DNA from: Anaeroplasma bactoclasticum | Lineage (GTDB): Bacteria; Bacillota_I; Bacilli_A; ML615J-28; CAG-313 | Assembly: GCA_023667245.1 (NCBI GenBank) | Contig: JAMPAL010000004.1 | Location: forward strand, 1,063 to 65,062 | Reading direction: 5' to 3' | DNA: 64,000 nucleotides | Shown: positions 19,536-28,545 of the stretch, piece after piece | Layout: every line of letters starts with the position of its first letter | Position numbering within the stretch: position 1 is the stretch's first letter | Notes under the pieces: model-generated | What the model was told of the DNA's origin: nothing | Database searches by the model: none | Seen by the model: the letters and a program-made list of their open reading frames with translations, nothing else | Translations under genes and position numbers: made by a program

Positions 19536-20249
19536 ATGTTAGAAATAATTCATTATTCTAAGTCATATCAAAAAGGCAAATTTGCAGTAGAAGACTTGAA
19601 TTTAAAGGTTGAAAACGGTGATTTGTTTGCTTTTATTGGTCATAATGGGGCAGGAAAAAGCACAACAATAAAGTCTATAGTGGGTATTCTTCCTTTTGAG
19701 TCAGGTGATATTCAAATTGATGGTGTATCGGTTCAAGAAAACCTCACTGCATGCAAGAAAAAAATAGCCTATATTCCAGATAATCCAGATTTGTATGATG
19801 CTTTAACAGGAATTCAGTATTTGAATTTTATTGGTGATGTATTTCAAGTGAAAAGTGAAGATAGAAAAGATCGAATTGAAAAGTATGCCACACTTTTTGA
19901 ATTAAAGAACGATTTAAATAATTTGATTGGATCATATTCACATGGTATGAAACAAAAATTAGCAATTATTTCAGCTTTTTTGCATAGCCCTCAGTTATTG
20001 GTTTTAGATGAACCATTTGTTGGGCTAGATCCTAAGGCAGCTTTTTTGGTTAAACAAGCAATGATAGAATTTTGCAAATCAGGTGGTGCAATCTTTTTTT
20101 CCACCCATGTATTAGAAGTTGCTGAAAAACTATGCAATAAAATAGCCATTATTAAAAATGGTAAATTGGTCATAACAGGAAAAATGGAAGAAATCACAAA
20201 AGATGCAAGTTTAGAAGAAGTGTTTATGGAGTTAACGAATCATGAGTAG
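19536..20249 (+). CDS. ABC transporter ATP-binding protein (ABC-2 type)
   Basis: Walker A GHNGAGKST, signature YSHGMKQK and Walker B LLVLDEP. Confidence 0.9.
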   Translation: MLEIIHYSKSYQKGKFAVEDLNLKVENGDLFAFIGHNGAGKSTTIKSIVGILPFESGDIQIDGVSVQENLTACKKKIAYIPDNPDLYDALTGIQYLNFIGDVFQVKSEDRKDRIEKYATLFELKNDLNNLIGSYSHGMKQKLAIISAFLHSPQLLVLDEPFVGLDPKAAFLVKQAMIEFCKSGGAIFFSTHVLEVAEKLCNKIAIIKNGKLVITGKMEEITKDASLEEVFMELTNHE

Positions 20250-21837
20250 TGTGATGAAAATCTTGAAGTGTTATTATGTATCCTTATTCAATAAGATTTT
20301 CAAGAATACCAAATACCGGGATAAAATTTATATCGCACTATTGTTTAGTATATTGGGAATAGTTGCCTTTAGTCTTATATTTGGGATGCTTTCTTATAGT
20401 AGTATCATAACTATGCAAAAAGAAGGGGTTCCAGAACTTGCTATTTATTCGTTTTCCACTACAGCATTGATGTTTATGTTTATGTTAATTGTAACAGAGT
20501 CAACAGGTGTAAAGAAAACTACGGATGAAGAAATGCTTTTGAGTTTGCCAATCCAAAAAGGTGCCATTATTACAGCCAAAGTGTTGTACTATTTGATTTT
20601 TGATTTTGCAGTCATATTTATTCTTGTCTATCCTGCCTATTTGATGTATGGCATTATTGTTGAAGGAACTATCCTTCCTTTTGCTATACGAGGTTTGGTG
20701 TTGATACTATTATGTACACTATTTGGGGCAGGCATATCAGGAATCATAGCTACGTTTTTATCTCGACTGACTATGCGTTTAAAACACAGTGGTATTATTC
20801 AATCTATATTTGGTATGGCGCTAATGGTGGTTTTTGTAATAGCTTATATCGGTTTTTCCTTTACGAGTCAAAATCCTACAACGGCCGCTCAGGTATATGA
20901 TTTTTATCCCATTCAATTGTTATCCCAGTTTATGTTAGAAGGAAGTTTCACTAGTCTTTTGATTATGCTTCTTTTGGCACTGATACCATTTGTTTTATCT
21001 GTTATTTTAAAGTCTTATTTTTTGGGAAAACAGATTTTAACTTATCAAAGTAAAAAGGATGAACTGAGTTTTGAGGAATCGACTATCGGAAAAAGCTTGT
21101 ATAAAAAAGAAATGAACAAGTATTTTTCCATTCCCATTTATGTAAGTAATACAGCATTTGGTCCAATTCTTATGATTATGATGGCTATTTTGATAACGGT
21201 GATGGGAAAACTTCATTTCATTCATTTAATTGAGAATGTACTAGCGGTAGGTTATATTGATGGAGAAGTTCCTGAAAGCTTAATGAAAGTAGTAGATTGT
21301 TATTTTAATATTGGTGTAGTTTGTATTATGGCCATGATGATTTCTTTTTCACCGACTACAGCTGCTTCAATTTCTTTAGAGGGAAAAGAACTTTGGATTT
21401 TAAAAGCACATCCAATTCCTATAAAAGATGTATTTGTCTCAAAGATACTTGTCAACATATCCATTGGTATTATACCTGTTGTATTATCTAGCATTTTATT
21501 ATCTACGCAGCTAGGAATTATATATTTGCCTATCCTATGTATTGTATTGACAGAGGTACTTTGGATTAGTTCAATGATTGGTTTATATGCCAATTTAAGT
21601 TTACCTAAGCTCAACTGGGAAAGTGAGGTTGAGGCAGTAAAACAGGGAATGGCTGTTCTTTTGTCAATGGGACTCAATTTAATTTGTATTCTCACACCGA
21701 TTATTGTTATTAATGTAGTAGGTTTGAATTCCGAATGGTTAATTATGGGCATTTTAATCTTGATTTATATTGGAATGGGTTTGATTTGGGTATACATTTT
21801 AAAGAAAAAAGGAATGAAGTTATATCAAAAATTATAA
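20242..21837 (+). CDS. large polytopic membrane protein, putative ABC exporter permease
   Basis: 531 aa with roughly 12 hydrophobic helices. Start overlaps the ATPase stop. Size and layout recall the putative-ABC-exporter family (PF16962), but this was not verified. Confidence 0.6.
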   Translation: MSSVMKILKCYYVSLFNKIFKNTKYRDKIYIALLFSILGIVAFSLIFGMLSYSSIITMQKEGVPELAIYSFSTTALMFMFMLIVTESTGVKKTTDEEMLLSLPIQKGAIITAKVLYYLIFDFAVIFILVYPAYLMYGIIVEGTILPFAIRGLVLILLCTLFGAGISGIIATFLSRLTMRLKHSGIIQSIFGMALMVVFVIAYIGFSFTSQNPTTAAQVYDFYPIQLLSQFMLEGSFTSLLIMLLLALIPFVLSVILKSYFLGKQILTYQSKKDELSFEESTIGKSLYKKEMNKYFSIPIYVSNTAFGPILMIMMAILITVMGKLHFIHLIENVLAVGYIDGEVPESLMKVVDCYFNIGVVCIMAMMISFSPTTAASISLEGKELWILKAHPIPIKDVFVSKILVNISIGIIPVVLSSILLSTQLGIIYLPILCIVLTEVLWISSMIGLYANLSLPKLNWESEVEAVKQGMAVLLSMGLNLICILTPIIVINVVGLNSEWLIMGILILIYIGMGLIWVYILKKKGMKLYQKL

Positions 21838-21844
21838 TAGTAAG

Positions 21845-21876
21845 AAAAGATCGTATGAATATGTACGGTCTTTTTT
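21845..21876 (+). terminator. intrinsic terminator after the first ABC module
   Basis: AAGATCGTA-tgaatatg-TACGGTCTT stem (one G-U pair) followed by TTTT. Confidence 0.7.
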
Positions 21877-21957
21877 GACGATTTATCCAAAAAATGATCA
21901 TAAATAACGTAAATCATGCCAAGAAAATCGTATGATTAGGTGAAAGGAGAAAATAAA

Positions 21958-22608
21958 ATGAAACATTTTTTAAAAATAAATATAGGTATATTATTAGGTG
22001 TAATTCTTTTTTGTGGTTTATTCCCAGCTGAAGCAAATGCTTCAACAGGACATGATGAATTTACGAGTATAAAATTTCTCTATAATCCTGAATTAAAGTT
22101 AATCGTTGATATGAACGAGAGCGAGCGATTATCACTACTCAATCACGTAAAGAGAAAGGCATTTGGATGGTCAACATACACCAATTATCGAAAATATGAA
22201 ATTGAATATGAAGCGGGCACTATTTTTTCAAGATCAAATACAACAAATCAAGTTATTGAATTTCATTATTCCACAGCAACATCAGATAAAAAAACCAAAA
22301 CATCTGAATTATCAGGTACACTTGGAATGAAATTTTCAGGAAAATTCAATAAAATTACTGCGAGTCTAGATTCTAGTATTCGAGGAGAAATTGGTAAAAA
22401 AAGCGAATCTACTTTTAAAGAAGAAATGGAATTTAAAGTGAAAATAGAGCCAGGAAAAAGGGTATCTCTTATCGTAAAGGGATTAGCTAGGCTTTCTAGT
22501 GGAGCATCCAAATATTATTTGTTTGGCATATCAGCCAAAAGGGAAATTTGGGAATATATTGACGTGGTGAATGAGTATTATGAACTTGCGGAAGAAATCG
22601 TTATTTAA
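21958..22608 (+). CDS. secreted beta-rich protein, unknown function (possible aerolysin/ETX-MTX2-like fold)
   Basis: ATG 21958 lies 8 nt after AAAGGAG. Signal peptide ends in AEANA. The mature part has no Cys, is Ser/Thr-rich, and has an amphipathic alternating stretch TSELSGTLGMKFSGKFNKITASLDSSIRGEIG. Confidence 0.55.
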   Translation: MKHFLKINIGILLGVILFCGLFPAEANASTGHDEFTSIKFLYNPELKLIVDMNESERLSLLNHVKRKAFGWSTYTNYRKYEIEYEAGTIFSRSNTTNQVIEFHYSTATSDKKTKTSELSGTLGMKFSGKFNKITASLDSSIRGEIGKKSESTFKEEMEFKVKIEPGKRVSLIVKGLARLSSGASKYYLFGISAKREIWEYIDVVNEYYELAEEIVI

Positions 22609-23509
22609 ACTAAAATGGATGATAGGAATGGGTGTGATATTTCTATCGATAATAGCTATCATAGCAACAATCATTCGGCGAAAAGAGGTATATCGATATT
22701 TGGCATATCCGAACATATATTATCTTTCAACAGATGATGCTACCATAAAGGTGAAATTATATAGTAGTCATGAAGCAGATCCATATTTACAAAAGGCCAA
22801 TATAGCAAAATTATCTTTGGAAGTTCCTCAGGAAAAAGACTATTATGCTTTATCTATCGATCAAATTGTATCAGAACAAGAACATATAAATTATCAAAAA
22901 CACAAATATAGAATGTATACACTGCATCTCAATTTTCCTTTTGATCCCAATGGAAATCTACAAATGCATCATGTTAATCTTGTTTTTGAATTTGTATATG
23001 GTGAAAAATTCAAAATCCCGATAGGATCAATCATATGTTATAAACAGGGAAAGCAAGGTGCACTAAGATTAGCTAATCTAAAAGGTATTGTCGAAGAAAA
23101 ATCAGAATTGCAAATTTTAACTGGAATTGGAATCACATTGTATCATATAGAAAATCGTTCTTTTCAATTGCAAAAAATTGAATCATTAGATAACCGAGTA
23201 ACCATCGAATCAAATAAAACTATGGAACTATATACAACAATGTATCCCCAAAATGCAAGTTTATTAGAGATACAAGAAACATATTGTAGACAAATCCATC
23301 CATTTCCTTTCAAAATAGATGCGAATAATCAAGTTCATCTTTTTTTTCCACTAGTTTATAATGATTTTCAAACCATTACAACCTTATCTTTTGCGATAAC
23401 ATATCAAGAAGATGGAGTGACATATACCCAAATATTTGCACCTTTTCAGTTTTTTAAAACGACAAGCATAACGTATAATCAGGTGAAATATGTGCCAAAT
23501 TCGAATTAG
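22580..23509 (+). CDS. single-pass membrane-anchored protein, unknown function
   Basis: N-terminal TM helix (MIGMGVIFLSIIAIIATII) then a beta-rich domain of roughly 270 aa (my estimate). ATG 22580 lies 9 nt after GGTGA; ATG 22571 is an alternative. Overlaps the upstream CDS. Confidence 0.55.
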   Translation: MNLRKKSLFKLKWMIGMGVIFLSIIAIIATIIRRKEVYRYLAYPNIYYLSTDDATIKVKLYSSHEADPYLQKANIAKLSLEVPQEKDYYALSIDQIVSEQEHINYQKHKYRMYTLHLNFPFDPNGNLQMHHVNLVFEFVYGEKFKIPIGSIICYKQGKQGALRLANLKGIVEEKSELQILTGIGITLYHIENRSFQLQKIESLDNRVTIESNKTMELYTTMYPQNASLLEIQETYCRQIHPFPFKIDANNQVHLFFPLVYNDFQTITTLSFAITYQEDGVTYTQIFAPFQFFKTTSITYNQVKYVPNSN

Positions 23510-24113
23510 AAATCTAAAAAAATCATACAAACGACATTGCATTTTTGATCATGTGCATTTGGACTTAGATGCTAGAATGTATCATTTTCTAATTGGTGAA
23601 AATGGAGCAGGTAAATCTACCTTTATTAAATGTATATTGGATGAGGTAAAATATAGTGGAATCATTCAAAAATCAAGCCATTCTATAGCTTATGTTCCAG
23701 AAAAAATAATTTTACCTGATTATGTTACGGTTAGATACTACTTATATTGGATGGGGAAAATTCAGTATCAAAAGGATTTGCAATTAAGAGAAAAAATCTT
23801 TTATTATTTACAACGGTTTGCCATTGAAAATTATGCAGAAATACCAATTTGTCAATTGTCTCAAGGTACAAAGCAGAAAGTAGTTTTAATTCAAGCATTA
23901 TTAAGTGAATCAGATATCTATATTTTTGATGAACCACTTCGGGGATTGGACGAATATGCAAAAAAATGTTTTATAGAAGAAGTGAGAAAATTAAAACAAA
24001 GAGATAAGCTTATTGTAATTTCGACACATGCATTAGAGCAATATCGTGTGCGTAAGAAGCATATTATTTCATTTCCATTAGGAGAAGACTATGTATTTGA
24101 TTCAATTGCATAA
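23490..24113 (+). CDS. ABC transporter ATP-binding protein (short, 207 aa)
   Basis: Walker A GENGAGKST, signature LSQGTKQK and Walker B IYIFDEP. Overlaps both neighbouring CDS. Confidence 0.85.
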   Translation: MCQIRIRNLKKSYKRHCIFDHVHLDLDARMYHFLIGENGAGKSTFIKCILDEVKYSGIIQKSSHSIAYVPEKIILPDYVTVRYYLYWMGKIQYQKDLQLREKIFYYLQRFAIENYAEIPICQLSQGTKQKVVLIQALLSESDIYIFDEPLRGLDEYAKKCFIEEVRKLKQRDKLIVISTHALEQYRVRKKHIISFPLGEDYVFDSIA

Positions 24114-24807
24114 AGGATATTTATGGAATAAGGTCAATAAAACCATTATTTATTTGATTTTATTTATAGCTATTTTATTAGAACTCATTTTGATAAACCC
24201 CTTTAGCCATACACTAAATACGTGGACTTTCAAAATGCTTGATGTGGATAGTTATCTTCAAGCTTCATTTTTCTTTTCAAAAATTGTGCTCATCTTATTT
24301 TCTATTTATGTATTTGGTATTGGATTTAGTCAATCGGGAGATAATTATAGCATAGTGATTAAAACAAGGATATCTAATTGGAAATATTATTATACAAAAT
24401 TTTTTTCTATTGGATATGGATTAGGTATAATAGTAGTTAGTCTATTTTTGATACATGTCAATATTGGATTTCTATTTTCAAAATGGTATATATTAGAACA
24501 ATCTATATGGAAAATATATAGTGAAATTTATGGGCTCTCTTTAGTATATGGATCCTTATCCATTGTATCGGTGCGTATAGGCAAGAGCATCTACGCACTA
24601 TTTATTCCAATATGTTTATATATTGTAAGCGAGGTTATCATTGATTTCAATATTGGCCAACCAATTATGCATACTTTTCAGTTGTTTTTACCTGTTCAGA
24701 TGTATAACGGTTCAAGGTATGTACTCATTTATGGTACAGGACATGTTATTGTACTTTCTATATTTTATATGTTGATTGCTTATGTGGTCTATATACGAAA
24801 AGAATAG
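24091..24807 (+). CDS. ABC-2-type membrane permease, 6 TM (putative)
   Basis: 238 aa with about six hydrophobic helices. RBS GGAGAAG. Start overlaps the ATPase gene. Confidence 0.55.
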   Translation: MYLIQLHKGYLWNKVNKTIIYLILFIAILLELILINPFSHTLNTWTFKMLDVDSYLQASFFFSKIVLILFSIYVFGIGFSQSGDNYSIVIKTRISNWKYYYTKFFSIGYGLGIIVVSLFLIHVNIGFLFSKWYILEQSIWKIYSEIYGLSLVYGSLSIVSVRIGKSIYALFIPICLYIVSEVIIDFNIGQPIMHTFQLFLPVQMYNGSRYVLIYGTGHVIVLSIFYMLIAYVVYIRKE

Positions 24808-24826
24808 AAATAAGAGGGTGACTTGG

Positions 24827-24855
24827 TTGACAGGTTTAGAAAATTATGGTATAAT
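24827..24855 (+). promoter_or_regulatory. sigma-A promoter of the infC-rpmI-rplT operon
   Basis: TTGACA, a 17-nt spacer, then TATAAT, with an extended TGG before the -10 box. Confidence 0.7.
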
Positions 24856-24995
24856 ACTTTTGAAATAAATATTGTAGTGAAAAGAAGAAGTCCCACTTCT
24901 CACCTGACCAATGAGGTTGGTAGGTAAAGAGTCATGATGCAATTGTTTGATTGTTCAATCTATGATACTTACAGTGGGTTTTCCACTGTTTTTTA
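24856..24995 (+). promoter_or_regulatory. ribosomal protein L20 leader (infC operon attenuator) with terminator hairpin
   Basis: Structured leader of about 140 nt between the promoter and infC, ending in ACAGTGG-gttttc-CCACTGT plus a T-run (24971-24995). Position and layout match the Firmicute L20 leader (Rfam RF00558). Assignment is by context, not by a covariance model. Confidence 0.65.
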
Positions 24996-25037
24996 TTCTT
25001 CCACGCATATTTATTATGAATCTATGGAGGTGAGAAT

Positions 25038-25577
25038 ATTATTAAGCCAGGCGACAAAAAAGAGAATTTAGTGAATGAAGAGATTGAGGCGGAATATGTC
25101 TTAGTTATATCTGAAGAAGGTGAACAATTGGGTAAACTTTCTTTACATGATGCATTGAAGGCAGCAGAAAGTAGGGGCTATGATTTGGTTTGTGTTGCAC
25201 CAAACGCTTCAGTTCCAGTTTGTAAATTAATGGATTATAGTAAATACCGTTATGAGCAAAATAAAAAAGCTAAAGAAGCTCGTAAAAATCAAAAAATCAT
25301 TTCTGTTAAGGAAGTACGTTTAAGTCCAACGATTGATATTGGAGATTTTGAAACGAAGATGCGTGCTGCTAGAAAGTTTTTAGCTAGTGGTGATAAAGTA
25401 AAGGTAAGTTGTCGTTTCAGAGGTCGTATGATTGAACAAGCAAATAATACAAAACCTTTGTTTAGTAAATTTGCTTTGGGTTTAGAAGACATTGCTCAAA
25501 TTGAACAAGCCCCATTTTTAGATGGTCGAAACATGTTTATGACTTTAAGTCCTAAACTACAAAAAAAGAAAAATTAA
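25038..25577 (+). CDS. infC: translation initiation factor IF-3, probable AUU start
   Basis: IF-3 homology runs from IKPGDKKENLVNEEI onward. In-frame ATT at 25038 lies 7 nt after GGAGG (25026-25030). An in-frame TGA sits at 25017. The ORF-track GTG 25071 would truncate the conserved N-terminus. Confidence 0.9.
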   Translation: MIKPGDKKENLVNEEIEAEYVLVISEEGEQLGKLSLHDALKAAESRGYDLVCVAPNASVPVCKLMDYSKYRYEQNKKAKEARKNQKIISVKEVRLSPTIDIGDFETKMRAARKFLASGDKVKVSCRFRGRMIEQANNTKPLFSKFALGLEDIAQIEQAPFLDGRNMFMTLSPKLQKKKN

Positions 25578-25595
25578 TTTGTAAGGAGAATATTT

Positions 25596-25796
25596 ATGCC
25601 AAAAATGAGATCACATAGCGGTACTAAAAAACGCTTAACAATCACAGCTACTGGTAAAGTAAGACGTGGCCAAGCAGGCAATAGACACTTAGCACCAGGA
25701 AAAACACAAAAACAAACTAGACAAATTCGTAAATTCGCTCTTGTATCTACAAGTGATAAGAGACATTTAAAACAAATTTTGTCTAATATTAAGTAG
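25596..25796 (+). CDS. rpmI: 50S ribosomal protein L35
   Basis: 66 aa, very basic, begins MPKMRSHSGTKKR. Lies between infC and rplT. Confidence 0.95.
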   Translation: MPKMRSHSGTKKRLTITATGKVRRGQAGNRHLAPGKTQKQTRQIRKFALVSTSDKRHLKQILSNIK

Positions 25797-25810
25797 GGAG
25801 GTAAAAGAAT

Positions 25811-26170
25811 ATGCCACGTACAAAAGGCGGAGTCGTATCAAGAAGAAGACGTAATCGTGTTTTAAAACAAGCAAAAGGTTTCTTTGGTTCAAAACATTGT
25901 TTATTCAAGGTTGCAAACCAACAAGTTATGAAATCTCTTGTATATGCATACAGAGATCGTAAGAACAATAAACGTAATTTCCGTAAATTATGGATTATTA
26001 GAATTAATGCTGCAAGCCGTGCTTTAGGATTAAGTTATAATCAATTGATGCATGGATTAAAACTTGCAAATGTGGACATTAATCGTAAGATGTTAGCTGA
26101 TTTAGCTGTAAATGACGCTGCAATGTTTGCTAATCTTTGTGATACTGCAAAACAAGCATTGGCTAAATAA
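25811..26170 (+). CDS. rplT: 50S ribosomal protein L20
   Basis: Begins [24 protein letters not shown]. 119 aa. Confidence 0.95.
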   Translation: MPRTKGGVVSRRRRNRVLKQAKGFFGSKHCLFKVANQQVMKSLVYAYRDRKNNKRNFRKLWIIRINAASRALGLSYNQLMHGLKLANVDINRKMLADLAVNDAAMFANLCDTAKQALAK

Positions 26171-26189
26171 GTAAAGCATAGTAAAAAAT

Positions 26190-26217
26190 AAAAAGGACCA
26201 AAATTGGTCCTTTTTTT
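26190..26217. terminator. bidirectional intrinsic terminator
   Basis: AAAAAGGACCA-aaat-TGGTCCTTTTT between convergent rplT and the surface phosphoesterase gene. Confidence 0.8.
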
Positions 26218-26226
26218 ATCTATTTG

Positions 26227-28545
26227 TTATTTCTGTTTCTTGCGTAAAACAACAAGAGTAGCAGTCAATAAGGTAATAGCAGTCAATACATCTAATCCCA
26301 ATGATTTTTTACACCCCTTTTGTTTTTCCCAAGTAGCGATTAATGTGGTATTGCCTGTAATTCCCTCTAAAGAGGTAATTTGTTTTCCATTTGCTTTCCA
26401 ACCAGTAAACTGATAACCATCTTTTGTAGGAGTTGGCAATGTAGGCATATTTTCAATAGTAAAATTTTGAGGAGCATCTTGAGATAATGTTCCACCATCT
26501 AAATTGTAATTTAGAGTATAAGTTACGGCTTTCCAAATCGCTTTTAGTGTAATATCAGAAGTAATTCCTTCAGGAATAGCAGTAATGATGTCATCATCCA
26601 ATTGCCAACCCACAAATTCATAATGACTTTTTGTTGCGGGATATAGAGTTATAGGAAGGCGATCCGTATAAAAAGAAGTAGGATTTAATCCAGAATTGTT
26701 TCCATCACTAAGATCATAAGTAATATGATATTGAGCGGCTTCCCAAGTAGCAACTAAAGTAATTTCTCCTTTAGTACCTTCAGGAATTTCAGTTATTGTT
26801 TTACGATTTAGTTTCCATCCTTTAAATACATATCCTGGTTTAGTAGGTGTATTCAAGGCAAGTGGGAGCCCTTCCCCTTTATAAGTGGTAGGATTATCAG
26901 GATGATTGGTACCACCATCTAGATCGTATTCGATTGGATATTCTATAATATCTTCATTTAAAATAAGAGGTAAATTTTTGGTTAATGTAGTTCCATCATA
27001 TTTAGTTAATTGAACTTGGAAGTTATAATTATAATCTGTATAGTAACCAGACCAAGTTCTAGAAGTTACATTGTTTGAAACAATAGGCATAGAAACATTG
27101 ATTTTATTTCCACCTGTAATTTGAATATCTGATACAATACCATATAAATTATCACCCCATTGAATAGTTACTTTTTCAGTATCTTTATCATATGAGACAG
27201 AAACAGAATCTAAAATTTCTGAATCGGATACTTCATCAATATATTGTGGACGTTTTGCTTCAAGTGTGAATTCATCTAATACTGTACCAGCAGCATTATA
27301 ACATTGAATAGTCAATTGATTAGATTCGACACGAACCAATACACCTAAATTATTGAATCCACGAATAACTTTATCGTAGTCTTCAAGTAGAGAAGGCTGA
27401 ATTTTGCTAGCATAGTCCTTTAATCCAGCAGCAGCACCTTGTAAATAAGTAACGCCTAGTTTTTCATCTACTGGTCCAGAAGTAGGAGAAGCAGCAGTTC
27501 CGCCATAACGTAAATTTTTGCGACAGTAAACATGTTCATGACCATTTAAAGCAAGGTCAACTTGACATTCTTCAAATACACTTAACCAATTTCTTCTCAT
27601 AATGTTTGCATCACTGACATAAGCACCTGTTGCATATAGTCCAGGGTGAGAGCCAACAATAATCCATTGAGAAGGATTGTTTTTTACTACGTTTCTAAAC
27701 CAATCTTGTTGTGCTTGCACATCATAATTTGTTTTAACTGTATCTAACATAATAAATAAAATTTGATCCCAAACAAAATAATAAGAAGAACCAATTCTAT
27801 CCTCAGGCCCATTTTCTGGATAATTATGAAATTGCTTGAATACTTCATTGGAAACATAATCACCAGCCGATTTTAAATAGTATTCATGATTACCAGGAAC
27901 AGTCGCTTGAAGGAAGCCTTGTAAAGAGGTTACATATTTGTAGTAGTCAATCCATTGTTGTTCAACTCCTCCTCGGTCTACTTGGTCACCCGTCATTACA
28001 ACTAAGTTTGGCTGAGCAGTCATATTTTTTTGCAAGATGGCTTGAATGAGGTTTTCTGCATTTTGGAAACTTCCACCAGAACTTTGGATGTCAGTTAAAA
28101 ATAAGAAAGATTTATTATCTTTATTTGTACCAGTAGTTGTAAAAGATTGAATATTTGAAAATGAATCACCTGATACAACTTGATAATAGTACTTTGTGTT
28201 GGCATCTAGATTGGTCAAGGTTGCTTTGCAAACATATCTTTCTGAAAATCCATAGCCATTTTCTGCATCACTTGGTGTATATGCATCCATATGCCATAAT
28301 GTAGAAGTTGTATCTACTTTTATAGGGTTTGCAATTGTCTTGCCATCTGAAGTTTTACTATAGATGACATAGGAACCATCCTCAGAACAATGATAATTGA
28401 TTCCAACTGTATCGTAAGTTTCTCCAACTGTTGCAGTTAGGTAACTTATAGTGCCAGATGCTTTACTTGTTATTGGGAAAAAAACAAGTAAGAAAGCAAA
28501 TACACTTAAAGTAAATAGTGTTTTTTTAATAAATTTTAGTGTCAT
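26227..28545 (-). CDS. cell-surface metallophosphoesterase (purple-acid-phosphatase-like) with three Listeria-Bacteroides repeats and a C-terminal TM anchor
   Basis: Signal peptide and a PAP-type N-domain (KYYYQVVSGDSFSNIQSFTT). Metallophos motifs LTDIQ, TGDQVDRGG, GNHEYY, VGSHP and NGHEHVY. Three 70-aa repeats ending GW..(x)..ATWE. Hydrophobic C-terminus with a RKKQK tail and no LPXTG. Confidence 0.8.
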   Translation of the reverse strand: MTLKFIKKTLFTLSVFAFLLVFFPITSKASGTISYLTATVGETYDTVGINYHCSEDGSYVIYSKTSDGKTIANPIKVDTTSTLWHMDAYTPSDAENGYGFSERYVCKATLTNLDANTKYYYQVVSGDSFSNIQSFTTTGTNKDNKSFLFLTDIQSSGGSFQNAENLIQAILQKNMTAQPNLVVMTGDQVDRGGVEQQWIDYYKYVTSLQGFLQATVPGNHEYYLKSAGDYVSNEVFKQFHNYPENGPEDRIGSSYYFVWDQILFIMLDTVKTNYDVQAQQDWFRNVVKNNPSQWIIVGSHPGLYATGAYVSDANIMRRNWLSVFEECQVDLALNGHEHVYCRKNLRYGGTAASPTSGPVDEKLGVTYLQGAAAGLKDYASKIQPSLLEDYDKVIRGFNNLGVLVRVESNQLTIQCYNAAGTVLDEFTLEAKRPQYIDEVSDSEILDSVSVSYDKDTEKVTIQWGDNLYGIVSDIQITGGNKINVSMPIVSNNVTSRTWSGYYTDYNYNFQVQLTKYDGTTLTKNLPLILNEDIIEYPIEYDLDGGTNHPDNPTTYKGEGLPLALNTPTKPGYVFKGWKLNRKTITEIPEGTKGEITLVATWEAAQYHITYDLSDGNNSGLNPTSFYTDRLPITLYPATKSHYEFVGWQLDDDIITAIPEGITSDITLKAIWKAVTYTLNYNLDGGTLSQDAPQNFTIENMPTLPTPTKDGYQFTGWKANGKQITSLEGITGNTTLIATWEKQKGCKKSLGLDVLTAITLLTATLVVLRKKQK
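26326..26940 (-). repeat. three tandem in-frame ~210-nt repeats encoding Listeria-Bacteroides (Flg_new-type) domains
   Basis: Repeat units start at 26940 (YPIEYDLDGG), 26730 (YHITYDLSDG) and 26520 (YTLNYNLDGG). Each ends in a xGWxx...ITLxAxW motif. Confidence 0.75.

Noticed and set aside
21300-21752. 150-aa minus-strand ORF inside the 531-aa permease gene
   Set aside because: It is antisense to a hydrophobic membrane-protein gene. AT-rich codon bias commonly leaves such shadow frames open. There are no start signals.
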